Positions 20,676-29,767 of a stretch of 64,000 bases of DNA are shown here, one piece after another. The notes below the pieces were generated by a model. The model was not told the origin of the DNA, searched no databases, and saw only the letters and a program-made list of their open reading frames with translations. The DNA is from an uncultured delta proteobacterium (GTDB lineage Bacteria > Desulfobacterota > BSN033 > UBA1163). The first letter of the stretch is position 1. Every line of letters starts with the position of its first letter. The stretch is from assembly GCA_963827685.1 (NCBI GenBank), contig CAWHBU010000003.1, positions 224,001 through 288,000 on the forward strand. The letters are read 5' to 3'. The position numbers were made by a program, and so were the translations under genes.

Positions 20676-20927
20676 TTACATGAGATCCAATTTATCGCCA
20701 ATGAATTGTTCAGCCATTTTAACCGACATCTCACGCGCGACTTTCTCAACATCATCAAGATTAATATTGGTGGTTTTTTTTAAGTCCAGCAGCTCCCACC
20801 TTGGGAAGTCCACAGTAACTTCAGATAATATCTGTCCATTACTCGATTCTCTAACTGTTACTTTGAATTGCTTACCTATGCCATCATCATGTTGTATCCA
20901 TTCGCTGGTAATCTTGACTTTAACCAT
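20676..20927 (-). CDS. Cassette 5: 83-aa hypothetical protein
   Basis: MVKVKITSEW...; AAGGAGAG RBS. Confidence 0.65.
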   Translation of the reverse strand: MVKVKITSEWIQHDDGIGKQFKVTVRESSNGQILSEVTVDFPRWELLDLKKTTNINLDDVEKVAREMSVKMAEQFIGDKLDLM

Positions 20928-20957
20928 TCTTCTCTCCTTAAACTGAATCTTATTGAG

Positions 20958-21084
20958 CGCTAACGTGGGCGTGAACGGCGAGAGGTTTGGCTGCACTTAA
21001 CCTGCTACTAAAATAAGACCTTGAGAGAGCATAAAACTGGCCAAAAAGCGAGAGCTCTCTCGTTCGCTCCACGCAGAGTTAGCT
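20958..21084 (-). repeat. attC site (cassette 4), long type
   Basis: AGCTAAC...GTTAGCG; stem GCGTGG(A)GCGAACG/GAGAG. Confidence 0.8.
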
Positions 21085-21091
21085 GTTTTTT

Positions 21092-22096
21092 TCATGAACT
21101 TATGGCTTTTAGCCACCATTTTTCTATGGATTCTTGAATGGAGTTTTGATTGATTGCCCCAATTAGTTCCTTTCCTGTTATGGGTACAATCAGAATATCG
21201 CCTTGTGAAGTTCTTAAGTCTTCCTTTACAAAGGTTTCCTTAAATCCATTCCAAGAAACAAAAAATCCAATCTTAGCTCTACTTCTTCGGTTTACAATCT
21301 TCTCTTTAAATAGGACTAATTCATTTTTGCCGCATTTTGAAGACCAATTCTTGCATTCAACTAGAATCAATGGTGACTCTTTTTGCCAGAAAACTTCTTT
21401 CGACTTATTTAGAATTACTAAATCTATTTCCTCTGTTTCAGTCTTAAGTCTCTCAATAATTTCAAACCCATCAATATTAGCGAAGAACTTAAATAAAAGT
21501 TCTTCCAGCAACCTTCCTTTAGTATTAGAGTCATCTTCAGCCTGAACTTTATTAATAAGTTCTGGAATCTCAATGAGTTTAAACTTGGAATATTCCCCAA
21601 CAATCTTTGATATTAATTTGCCTGTTTGCTCCTGAGCTTCATTAACAATCTTATCTACCCAATTTGATACAGACAATCCATATTGGTAAACATCATATAG
21701 AGTAGAAACCTCATCAGGAATGATTGTGTAGTAAAGATGACACCAATCTCCTTCATCTGAAAACTCAATATCTTCAATGTCTTTGTGTTCTTTCTGCCTG
21801 AATTCAACTAATCTTTTCATTAAATCCATATGGAATGGCATGCCCAATGGGGCTGTCCACCATTTTCGATACCAATTATGGGACATATAGATGCAAATTC
21901 TACCGTCTTTCCACCCGATAGTACCCTCGAGGTCGACATAATGGATATTGTCCTCTCCAAGCTTAGAAACTTCAATGGTGACGTTTTTAGAAACTTCAGA
22001 TATGTTTATTTTGGGTGTATCTTCTGGTTCCAAATGAACTGGTTCTTCCGAATCTACACTATCGCTGATAATCTCCAATAACTTTTCCTTTTCCAT
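21092..22096 (-). CDS. Cassette 4: Mrr-like restriction endonuclease (C-terminal Mrr_cat-type domain) with an unknown N-terminal domain
   Basis: 'KGRLLEEL...EEIDLVI...LVECKNW...VSWNGF'. Confidence 0.8.
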   Translation of the reverse strand: MEKEKLLEIISDSVDSEEPVHLEPEDTPKINISEVSKNVTIEVSKLGEDNIHYVDLEGTIGWKDGRICIYMSHNWYRKWWTAPLGMPFHMDLMKRLVEFRQKEHKDIEDIEFSDEGDWCHLYYTIIPDEVSTLYDVYQYGLSVSNWVDKIVNEAQEQTGKLISKIVGEYSKFKLIEIPELINKVQAEDDSNTKGRLLEELLFKFFANIDGFEIIERLKTETEEIDLVILNKSKEVFWQKESPLILVECKNWSSKCGKNELVLFKEKIVNRRSRAKIGFFVSWNGFKETFVKEDLRTSQGDILIVPITGKELIGAINQNSIQESIEKWWLKAISS

Positions 22097-22143
22097 AAAA
22101 AGTCAGTGTATTAAATCGAACATTTTGACAAGCAAATCTACAC

Positions 22144-22508
22144 AGCTAACGAGCCTGTAGAAAAAGTCACTTTTTTAAAAAACGCTTCTTCTGCCGGATC
22201 AACAATAGGAAATTACTTTCTGTCATCAAAAGTTTTTCCGATCCTTGGTGCAATGTTAGTCTTTTCATGATATTTCTCTTACCACAAAACCCTATCACAC
22301 CATCCGGCTCCTTCACGCAAACTCCAGACCGTATCGATCGGAATAATCATAGTCCTTATATCTCGCCATCCAGTCCCTCCTAAGCGGCCCCGCTCTCTTT
22401 TCCGTTACTGATATGGCGATATTATCATGCTTCCAGGACTTTTTCTACAGCCTCAACGCCTGAAATCAGCGGTGGCTATCAGCCATTCGCTGCAATGACG
22501 TGTCAGCC
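22144..22508 (-). repeat. attC site (cassette 3) interrupted at its GTT core by an IS remnant
   Basis: Removing 22151-22457 restores GGCTGAC...GTTAGCT. Confidence 0.8.
22151..22454 (-). mobile_element. 304-bp internally deleted IS1182-like element (MITE)
   Basis: 18-bp TIRs GAG(C/G)CTGTAGAAAAAGTC (17/18 match); AAC duplication; RBS + transposase-like start MARYKDYDYS at 22369. Confidence 0.75.
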
Positions 22509-23102
22509 ACGTTTTGCAGGCGGATCACAATACTCACTAAGACAGTCGCCAATCAAATCGGCAAGTGGTGTTTGTGCCATTACCCCAAATAGGTCTTCCC
22601 AGGTAATGATGCTTGAACCCTGCTTCGCCAGGACAGGCCAATCCTTCTTCTTTTCGTGACCATGCGACAGAAGATAGTATAGATTGCAGTCCCATGAACT
22701 ACTATGCAAATATTGATATAGGTGGTGATACAACGAAATATTTCTTACGACCGATTCGGATAATGTTTTCACCTCTATCAAAACCACTTTCTTATTCTTC
22801 TTGTCTATGTGCAGAATGTCAGGCTTAATATATGCAAATCGTTTGTCGAAATCCTGAATGCCAAAATTCTCACCCGTCAAACCGTTTTCGCACACAGTAT
22901 TAAGGTATGTAAAACCAGAGACCAAGAATTCGCCTTTAGCGGTGAGGTATCCATCATCATCTGATTCATACACTGGCAACCTGATTCCCGGCATGTTCGC
23001 CGAGATGTATATCAACGACATTTGAGCAACAGCAGCCCATCTTGACTCTGAATTCTTCATTAATCGGGATGGTTTCTCGAAAAGATATGTCGCGTTACTC
23101 AT
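22503..23102 (-). CDS. Cassette 3: PD-(D/E)XK nuclease-like protein
   Basis: 'SESRW...KPDILHID....LIEVKT'. Confidence 0.7.
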   Translation of the reverse strand: MSNATYLFEKPSRLMKNSESRWAAVAQMSLIYISANMPGIRLPVYESDDDGYLTAKGEFLVSGFTYLNTVCENGLTGENFGIQDFDKRFAYIKPDILHIDKKNKKVVLIEVKTLSESVVRNISLYHHLYQYLHSSSWDCNLYYLLSHGHEKKKDWPVLAKQGSSIITWEDLFGVMAQTPLADLIGDCLSEYCDPPAKRG

Positions 23103-23117
23103 GTGCGTCTCCGGTAT

Positions 23118-23183
23118 GGCTAACGTGATGGTCACCAGCGTGGCGCGCCGTTTTGCCACGTCCGATTCACCTACCCGTTAGGC
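23118..23183 (-). repeat. attC site (cassette 2)
   Basis: GCCTAAC...GTTAGCC with internal stem CGTGGC. Confidence 0.8.
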
Positions 23184-23186
23184 AAT

Positions 23187-24045
23187 TCACCAGGTCCAGC
23201 GTTGAGATGCCAAGAAAGCATCAATCCCGCCTGACCCCACGACAGCTATCGTGCGTGCGTATTCGACCTCTAGGAGATCCCCAAGAGCGGCCCTTGAGAA
23301 GGGCTCATCCTTTGGCACTTGCCGATCTATTGCATGCTGTAGGCCGGGTGAAACGTGGTATTGAAGCCATAACCACGGTTTTTCGACAACATCGGCAGAA
23401 CCGAGCGCCACGTGTCCGGTAGTGACGTCCGATGCAATGTCTATGTCCGTCGCCCATATTTTGGCGGTCGTGAATATCACAGGGATGAAACTTATGGGGA
23501 AGTTCTCGGCCATGTAGCGTTGGTTTTTCGAGAAACACTCGATAAGCCCATTTACGCCTCGAATGACTTGAGTCGCGGCTTCTTCGATCGTCCCGCGACC
23601 AGTGCCACTAGCGTCGCCCTTGGCAGCGCCCTTCACTTCGACTGCTACGTGGTAAATCATTTCAGACCCGTCGAGACGGCTGAGGGACGCGGTCAAAGCA
23701 TTCCCCTCTCTCCGTACAGATTCAACCAGAATGTCTTTCGGTACACCACCTCTACGCACGTAAGGTGGCTTGAGCGAACAACCAGTCGCTAAGCGATGGA
23801 TTTGCCCGCTTGCATTCGGCCACAAGGTATCGGAAAGACCCCTTGGCGACTTCGCTCCATTGACTCAGGACAAAGTCGATTCGCGTGTGGTAGCTCTGCA
23901 ACTCGACAGGGAACTCGGACGCCTCGAACACCCACGGTGAACGCCTCTCATCGTTCAGTTGGTGGGCGCGTCGAATCACTGCGTACTGGAACGGATGGCC
24001 CTGTCGGTTGAGGGCTGCTTCGAAAATCGTCTTCTGGTCGGTCAT
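23187..24045 (-). CDS. Cassette 2: PD-(D/E)XK nuclease-like protein, apparent +1 frameshift at about 23775
   Basis: 'GHPFQ...EFPV...RIDFVL...VAECKR..DWLF' continuing into 'PVIFTTA'; span is 3n+1. Confidence 0.7.
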
Positions 24046-24057
24046 TTCTCCTCGCAT

Positions 24058-24088
24058 GCCTAACGAGCCTCTAGGAAAAGTCTATAGA
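24058..24088 (-). mobile_element. Lone IS1182-like terminal repeat abutting the GTTAGGC core; the rest of the cassette-1 attC is missing
   Basis: GCCTAAC|GAGCCTCTAGGAAAAGTC, 16/18 identical to the TIR at 22151. Confidence 0.65.
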
Positions 24089-24947
24089 TCACTTTAATTT
24101 GAATATTGATTTCGTAAAATCATTTGGATTCAAACGGCTTTTTTCAAAATAGTCTTTTAGCTTTTGAAAGGCTTCTTTATCAGATTCCTGCCAAGACAAA
24201 CCCATTACTGTTGCCGACTTTACAAATGCTTCTTTTGCTTTATCGAAACAGACGCCCCCAAAAAAGTAAGGTTGATACCATTGCCTAGAAGATGTGTCTA
24301 GACTTTCATTTGTAATCCAAGTCTGGTATCCAAAAGACACTGGAATACCAGCAATTCTATATGCATAGTTTTGGTGTTCGAATGAAACCCATTCGTCAAG
24401 TATCTTAAATATTTTCTCTCTAAATATTTCATCTGATAGTTGCATCGTATCAAGTTTTATTATAGGTTTACCCAAGTGAATAACAGTTTCATGCTCTGTT
24501 TCCTCTGGTTGTTTCAATTCGGTATTAAGGCCATCTTCAGGAAGGAAGAGTAAATTGTTATTCACAAACCCTTTTGTTTCCCATTGAAGTATAAAAGTCA
24601 ACGTCCAAGAACAATACAATTTAAGAGATGCTTTCTCTCGGTTAACTCGAGGCAAAAAATAAAGGGATATTCAGGTTTTTTAACCAATTCAGTAAATGCT
24701 CCCCATTATAACGAAATGCTTCTTCACCCGATTTGACTTGTATGCCAAATACTTTTTTTACGTAACCAACAGAGCCTTTGACTTCCATCAATGAACAAAT
24801 CAAATCCACGCCATAGTCATTTTCTGTGGTTGCTCTTATACATGGGCCAAATTCAGAGAGAATATACTGGGCGAGGTATTCAGCACGGATTCCTTGCTTT
24901 CGATTAACAGCAACCTTTCCACCTGATTCTTTTCCTGCCATAATCAT
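24089..24947 (-). CDS. Cassette 1: DUF4365-type PD-(D/E)XK nuclease-like protein, apparent +1 frameshift at about 24652
   Basis: 'GIRAE...NDYGVDL...FGIQVKSG...NIPLF'; span is 3n+1. Confidence 0.7.
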
Positions 24948-24984
24948 CCTCCTGTTTATGGGATCACTTACTTTAAATGTTTTG

Positions 24985-25015
24985 GCCTAACTTATTTTTT
25001 AAGCTTATTCTATAT
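24985..25015 (-). other. attI-like site at the head of the array
   Basis: G|TTAGGC preceded by A-rich, non-palindromic sequence (no attC stem). Confidence 0.5.
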
Positions 25016-25025
25016 ATGTTCTCAT

Positions 25026-25053
25026 ATTATAGTCAGTAAGGAGGGCTTGTCAA
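25026..25053 (-). promoter_or_regulatory. Consensus sigma70 promoter reading into the cassette array (Pc-like)
   Basis: TTGACA-N16-TATAAT, 35 bp upstream of the first GTT. Confidence 0.75.
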
Positions 25054-25213
25054 CGGATAATTCCAGATTTGATGTGTGAAAACCGCCTCGATCATCGGTA
25101 TAATAAGTCGTAGCTTATTATTATGCCGAATTGATATAAAATCCATAACTGTCATGTTCCATGACTGTGAATCATTCCTTTCTTTACTTTAAAAACTATT
25201 TTATTATTAATGC

Positions 25214-25837
25214 ATGTGGACAAGAAGAAAACTCATAAAAAATTGGTTTTGGGCTTCTCTATCAAGCCTCGTTCTTCACCCCCTCTCAATCTCCTGGGCC
25301 AAGGCCAAGCAGCTCCTCCCAAAGGGGTTCCCAAAGAACCAACTTTTAAACATGAACCCGGAAGACATTGACAATCGAAATCTCGAAGTCGATCCCCTCA
25401 ATCAATTCGGAACGATGGGACCAACGGATGTGGCGATCGACTCAAAAACTTATCGACTCAAGGTCACGGGGAAGGTGGGGCACCCTCTTTCACTCAGTTA
25501 TGATCAAATTCTCAAGTATCCCTCATTGACGGAAACGGTTCTCCTCATCTGTCCCGGTTTCTTTTCCAATAATGGTCGTTGGACAGGAGTAAGTTTTAAG
25601 AGCTTACTTCATGAAGCACAGATTAAAAAAGAGGCTCAATATATCGACATCGTTGGGGCCCAGGAAAAGCGAGTTAGAATACCGTTGAAAACATTAGATC
25701 AAAAAAAGGTTTTTTTGGCCTATCGCGTCAACGGAGAAACACTTCCTCAAAAACACGGTTTTCCCCTGCGATTGGTCTATGAAGATGCCTACGGGTACGA
25801 TTGGGTAAAATTTGTCGAGGAAATCGTGGTCTCATAG
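25214..25837 (+). CDS. Molybdopterin-dependent oxidoreductase (sulfite oxidase/MsrP-like), Tat-exported
   Basis: TRR signal; 'LICPG', 'WTGV', 'HGFPLRL...WVK'. Confidence 0.8.
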   Translation: MWTRRKLIKNWFWASLSSLVLHPLSISWAKAKQLLPKGFPKNQLLNMNPEDIDNRNLEVDPLNQFGTMGPTDVAIDSKTYRLKVTGKVGHPLSLSYDQILKYPSLTETVLLICPGFFSNNGRWTGVSFKSLLHEAQIKKEAQYIDIVGAQEKRVRIPLKTLDQKKVFLAYRVNGETLPQKHGFPLRLVYEDAYGYDWVKFVEEIVVS

Positions 25838-25892
25838 ATCACTTGTAAGCAAGCGATCGACGAGAGGCAGGGCGAGATGATTTAAGAGTCTT

Positions 25893-25999
25893 GTCATTCC
25901 CGCCCCGTATCCAGTACGGGGTAAATTTCGACGGCAATCCAGTGGAGATTTTAGGTCACAAAACAGGAATTCCTGGATTCCTGCTTTCGCAGGAATGAC
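25893..25999. repeat. REP-like palindromic element with a nested mini-hairpin
   Basis: GTCATTCC...GGAATGAC termini; nested CCCCGTATCCAGTACGGGG. Confidence 0.7.
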
Positions 26000-26050
26000 A
26001 GAAAAAAGATAACCCTTAAATATCAGATGTGTTTGATTGGAATTTATGAT

Positions 26051-27067
26051 TTATTTGGGGTTTGAAATTTGGGATTTGGTTGTTTCCTTTTCCCGGGCGG
26101 TTCCGTTCTTAGCCAGAAATTCCAGAATGAGGGTGGCTACTTCTTTGGGTTTCTGTAACTCCAAATCGTGTATTCCGTCGTTAAACCGCACAATTTTGAC
26201 ATTTTGAAGGTGCGCTCTCAAAAACTCTGCATTCGTCTCAGCCATGCCATGGTAGTAGGAATTCTTCCCGTAAAGATAAAGCACAGGAGTCCGGATAGTC
26301 TTGGCCTGATCCGTGAAATCTCTCGACGTCTCGAGGGTTCGAGAGATGAGATGCCACGAAACGCGCGAAGCCGTTTTGTTATTCTGGGCCATGATCTCGA
26401 TAATTTCCTTTCTCTCAGTCTCACTCATCTCTTCCCATGCCTTCCCCATCACCGATTTCGCAACGAGCCTGTTAGCAATTCCAGCTCGAATCACCCCGAT
26501 AGAAAGCTCTCCAAGCACAGGCCATCCTAAAAGGCCCTTCATGGGCTTATAAGGAACACTCTGATGTTTAATGCCATTTCCCTCAATCGAAATGATCATG
26601 TCCACTTTTTCCGGATACCGGGCGGCAAGGTTTAAGGCAATGGCGCCCCCATAGGATACACCCAAAATGTGGACTTTCTGGATCTGTAATGCTTCGATCA
26701 TCTTTACAATCAAGTCGGCCTGCTCCTCTATTGTGTAGCCGAACCCAGACCTGGGTTTATCAGAATCCCCTACACCGAGGTAATCCAGACAGAGCAGTTT
26801 ATAACGCTCTGAAAGGTACGGAATAACCCTATTCCAGTGCCGATAAGTGCTGAAGGCCCCGGGGATGAGGAGGATGGGTTGCCCCTCTCCTGCCTCGACA
26901 TAGTGAAGATTATACCCTTGAACGGCTATAAACTTATCCATGCCGTATCTGGGTTTTCGATAAATTTGGTGTTTGTCATTTTTCACCATGTAGCTGCAGC
27001 CGATGTTGAAAAGCAAACAGGGAATCAGTAAAATCACGAAAAGTATTTTCTTCAACTTCTCATCCAT
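26051..27067 (-). CDS. Alpha/beta hydrolase, probable lipoprotein
   Basis: GVSYGG nucleophile elbow; C-terminal His; NIGC lipobox-like. Confidence 0.85.
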   Translation of the reverse strand: MDEKLKKILFVILLIPCLLFNIGCSYMVKNDKHQIYRKPRYGMDKFIAVQGYNLHYVEAGEGQPILLIPGAFSTYRHWNRVIPYLSERYKLLCLDYLGVGDSDKPRSGFGYTIEEQADLIVKMIEALQIQKVHILGVSYGGAIALNLAARYPEKVDMIISIEGNGIKHQSVPYKPMKGLLGWPVLGELSIGVIRAGIANRLVAKSVMGKAWEEMSETERKEIIEIMAQNNKTASRVSWHLISRTLETSRDFTDQAKTIRTPVLYLYGKNSYYHGMAETNAEFLRAHLQNVKIVRFNDGIHDLELQKPKEVATLILEFLAKNGTAREKETTKSQISNPK

Positions 27068-27121
27068 GATGGGCTATTCCAATTCTATATTTTGCCATAC
27101 CCCAAGTCGATAATCGAGCCT

Positions 27122-27868
27122 CTACGGAACAAAAAGTTTATCGCTGAGATGAGCATTAATCCCATAGTCTTGAATAATGCTGACTTCAAGGGGCTTCCCC
27201 TCCAAATCATATCGCTCGATCCGGATGGGGAGCCAATTCCGTTTCGATATAATAATTCGATATTTCTCAGGATCTTTTCCCCCTATATAATCATAGCCCC
27301 ACAGCCAGAATCTTATTTGATCTTTATCTTCAGAGAATTCATCCGTCCCCTGCTTTACTTTTTCGAGATTCTTCAAAAGGAAATTGATGAAATAGTCCAT
27401 ATCCGTTTGGTTGATCCGTTGGCCGGCAGGCGTGAGGATGAGAGGATTGTCAATGGATAGTCGAAATTTCAGAGCATGTAAGGACCGAAGAGGGAGAACG
27501 GTGGCCTCTTTATCCCCTTCCTTGAAAAAGATGCTCAGGGATGAATAGGGGTAGGAAAAATCGACTCTGATCCTCTTTTCCCTCTTGAAGTAGAACTTGA
27601 ACCGGTAGCGCTGGTTCTCCTCCCCACCCTGATAGAAAATCTGTTCCACCTCACAGGTATAATCCTGCACGGATTTAAAGGCAGATTCCATTTTTTGAAC
27701 GACGGCAAGGACCCGATTTTCCTCTGCGCCTTCTGATAAGGGTAGAAAGCTTACCGCCATAAGAAGCGAGAAGGTCGATGTAAGCCATAACCCGCTAAGT
27801 CTGGATATTCTATTTGAAGACAAAATTTTCGTCAAATAGGTATGGGTTATCAAAATAGTCCTTCCCAA
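27122..27868 (-). CDS. LolA-like/outer-membrane lipoprotein-sorting family protein
   Basis: 'VQDYTC...FKREKRIRVDF..P', 'LPIRIERYD..G', 'INAHLSDKLF'. Confidence 0.6.
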   Translation of the reverse strand: MGRTILITHTYLTKILSSNRISRLSGLWLTSTFSLLMAVSFLPLSEGAEENRVLAVVQKMESAFKSVQDYTCEVEQIFYQGGEENQRYRFKFYFKREKRIRVDFSYPYSSLSIFFKEGDKEATVLPLRSLHALKFRLSIDNPLILTPAGQRINQTDMDYFINFLLKNLEKVKQGTDEFSEDKDQIRFWLWGYDYIGGKDPEKYRIIISKRNWLPIRIERYDLEGKPLEVSIIQDYGINAHLSDKLFVP

Positions 27869-29348
27869 TTAACTCAATGGCGTGGTGACCGCGTTGACGC
27901 ATGCTTCCAACGGATGGAATCCCCATTGAGAACAGAATAAACCGCTCCACCCTCTCCGAACCTTTGACAATTCCTTTGGAACTAAAAATGCTCTCCGCTC
28001 TTCCATTTTCGCGCGGAAGCGCCTCGAGGACATCATAGCGCACCAGTGCATAAGGAATTGGATCGGGAAATTCTTTTACAGCCATCAGGCGCTGCACTTG
28101 ATGCCAACCCGAGTTGATCCGGATTCCAAGGCGCTCTTCTGAGGGGATAGCTGGAAGCCATTCGGGCATAATAGGCTCAAAACTCAAAGGTCTGGATTGA
28201 ATCCGTTCGACGCGCGCCTTGTCAGGTGAGAAGAAATGGTAGCATCCGCAGTCGCTCACCACATCCACCATAAAGACCTTCCCCTCCCCGTCGAGGGACA
28301 CCCGAATTGTCAACCCATCCACGTGGCCCAGCTCGATAGAGGGTGACCTTTCCCCGGCTCGTTCCGAATACCAGATGACATAGTTGATCTGAAGGATGGG
28401 CTCTCCTTTCAGAAAGGCCTGGGAGGTATAATAATAGACAGTGGGTTTTTCCAGGTCGATGTCCACGCGATCGCCTTTCCATACAACCTGTCCCAGACGA
28501 TCATAGGCAGCCGCTACATCTTGAATAAAGACAGGGGCAAAGGACCAAACCAGCTTCTCCTCCTGGTCGCTATTTGGCAAGGGTACTCCCATCAGATTTT
28601 TCTTGGACTCTCCAAGGATCTCTCGAACTTCCTTTTCGGAGAGAGACGCTCGCTTCTCAGGGATAAACGTCGTGAGTTGCCCATCAATAGGGAGGTCTTT
28701 CAGATCTGTATCGAATCTTTTTCTGATTTTTTTTATCGATCGTTCTGTAAGCACTGCCACGGGTATCGCGACCAAAGGATAAAGGCCGACGGCTCTTCTT
28801 AGACAAGAATATTCACCCGGGACGTGTACAAGGGGGAAAAGTGTGCTGTAAAAATCCGATCGGACTTGCTCATGGCTCAGGAGCTTAGAAGAACAGGACT
28901 TCACCTGAGCATATAACCACTCTCGGTCTGCTTTTTTTCCATCCTCAAAATCTAAAGAAAGAATGGCTTTATCAGGAAGGTTACTGAGTTCCTTCTTCCT
29001 GGACAGGAGATCCAGCTCTTGCATCCAAAGGAGCCATTCTCCCTTCTGTCCGTCGTCTTTAAGGTCTTTCCTCAAGGAAGCAATGAAACGATTAGTCCGA
29101 AGATAAGGAAATCCAGGGATCGGCATACATGAAGCATCCTTCACGCCCGCGTCTTCGACAACTTCATCCAATCGGCTCAAAAAATCCCGGCACTGCTCAG
29201 GTTTTTCAAAGGAAAGGGGAGCTGGCTTGGCCAGAAATGGTGCGCAACCTAAGAAGAAAACGAATAGCGGGGCTACGAAGATAATACGGAATCGAGTAAT
29301 TTTCATAACCCTAACGATTGGCTTTGGATAAGTCAACCCTCTTACCAT
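27810..29348 (-). CDS. Hypothetical lipoprotein (512 aa)
   Basis: FLGC lipobox; 'GHVDG', 'CGCYH', 'MRQRGHHA' conserved-looking motifs. Confidence 0.7.
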   Translation of the reverse strand: MVRGLTYPKPIVRVMKITRFRIIFVAPLFVFFLGCAPFLAKPAPLSFEKPEQCRDFLSRLDEVVEDAGVKDASCMPIPGFPYLRTNRFIASLRKDLKDDGQKGEWLLWMQELDLLSRKKELSNLPDKAILSLDFEDGKKADREWLYAQVKSCSSKLLSHEQVRSDFYSTLFPLVHVPGEYSCLRRAVGLYPLVAIPVAVLTERSIKKIRKRFDTDLKDLPIDGQLTTFIPEKRASLSEKEVREILGESKKNLMGVPLPNSDQEEKLVWSFAPVFIQDVAAAYDRLGQVVWKGDRVDIDLEKPTVYYYTSQAFLKGEPILQINYVIWYSERAGERSPSIELGHVDGLTIRVSLDGEGKVFMVDVVSDCGCYHFFSPDKARVERIQSRPLSFEPIMPEWLPAIPSEERLGIRINSGWHQVQRLMAVKEFPDPIPYALVRYDVLEALPRENGRAESIFSSKGIVKGSERVERFILFSMGIPSVGSMRQRGHHAIELIGKDYFDNPYLFDENFVFK

Positions 29349-29668
29349 CCTCCCAGCAAATGAAGATGGAGATGAAAAATCACCTGGCCCCCACCCCGCT
29401 CCACATTAAAAACCAAACGATAACCTGACTCTGCGATGGAATGCTCTTTTGCCATCTCCTTTGCCTTGAAGACCATTTTGAAAATAATATCCTTGTCTTT
29501 CTCTTTTAGATCGTTGAGGCTTCGAATATGTTCTCTGGGAACAATCAGAACATGAATCGGGGCAAAGGGACGGATATCCTTAAATGCAACCAGAAACTCA
29601 TCTTGATATAAATAGTCGGCTGGTTTCTCTCCTTTTATGATTTTGCAGAAAGTACAATTTTTTTCCAT
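29342..29668 (-). CDS. hinT: Histidine triad nucleotide-binding protein
   Basis: CTFC; HLHLHLLGG. Confidence 0.92.
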   Translation of the reverse strand: MEKNCTFCKIIKGEKPADYLYQDEFLVAFKDIRPFAPIHVLIVPREHIRSLNDLKEKDKDIIFKMVFKAKEMAKEHSIAESGYRLVFNVERGGGQVIFHLHLHLLGGW

Positions 29669-29767
29669 AGAATCGGTGGCCGGATCACATACGGGAGCCT
29701 CAATGAATTATCTTTAATATGGATAGGGCGATATGTCAACAATGGATTTCATAAATAAATCTTATGG

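Larger units (their letters stand above)
17855..24991 (-). mobile_element. Integron gene-cassette array (9 cassettes) without an adjacent integrase (CALIN-like)
   Basis: Co-oriented ORFs separated by imperfect palindromes bounded by RYYYAAC...GTTRRRY; most cassettes have mutually complementary ends. Confidence 0.9.

Noticed and set aside
17855-24991. Regularly spaced palindromes considered as a CRISPR array
   Set aside because: The repeats are not identical, the spacers are gene-sized and there are no cas genes; they fit attC sites
25054-25213. Possible intI remnant next to the attI-like site
   Set aside because: Only 160 bp of AT-rich DNA, with no recognisable tyrosine-recombinase peptide
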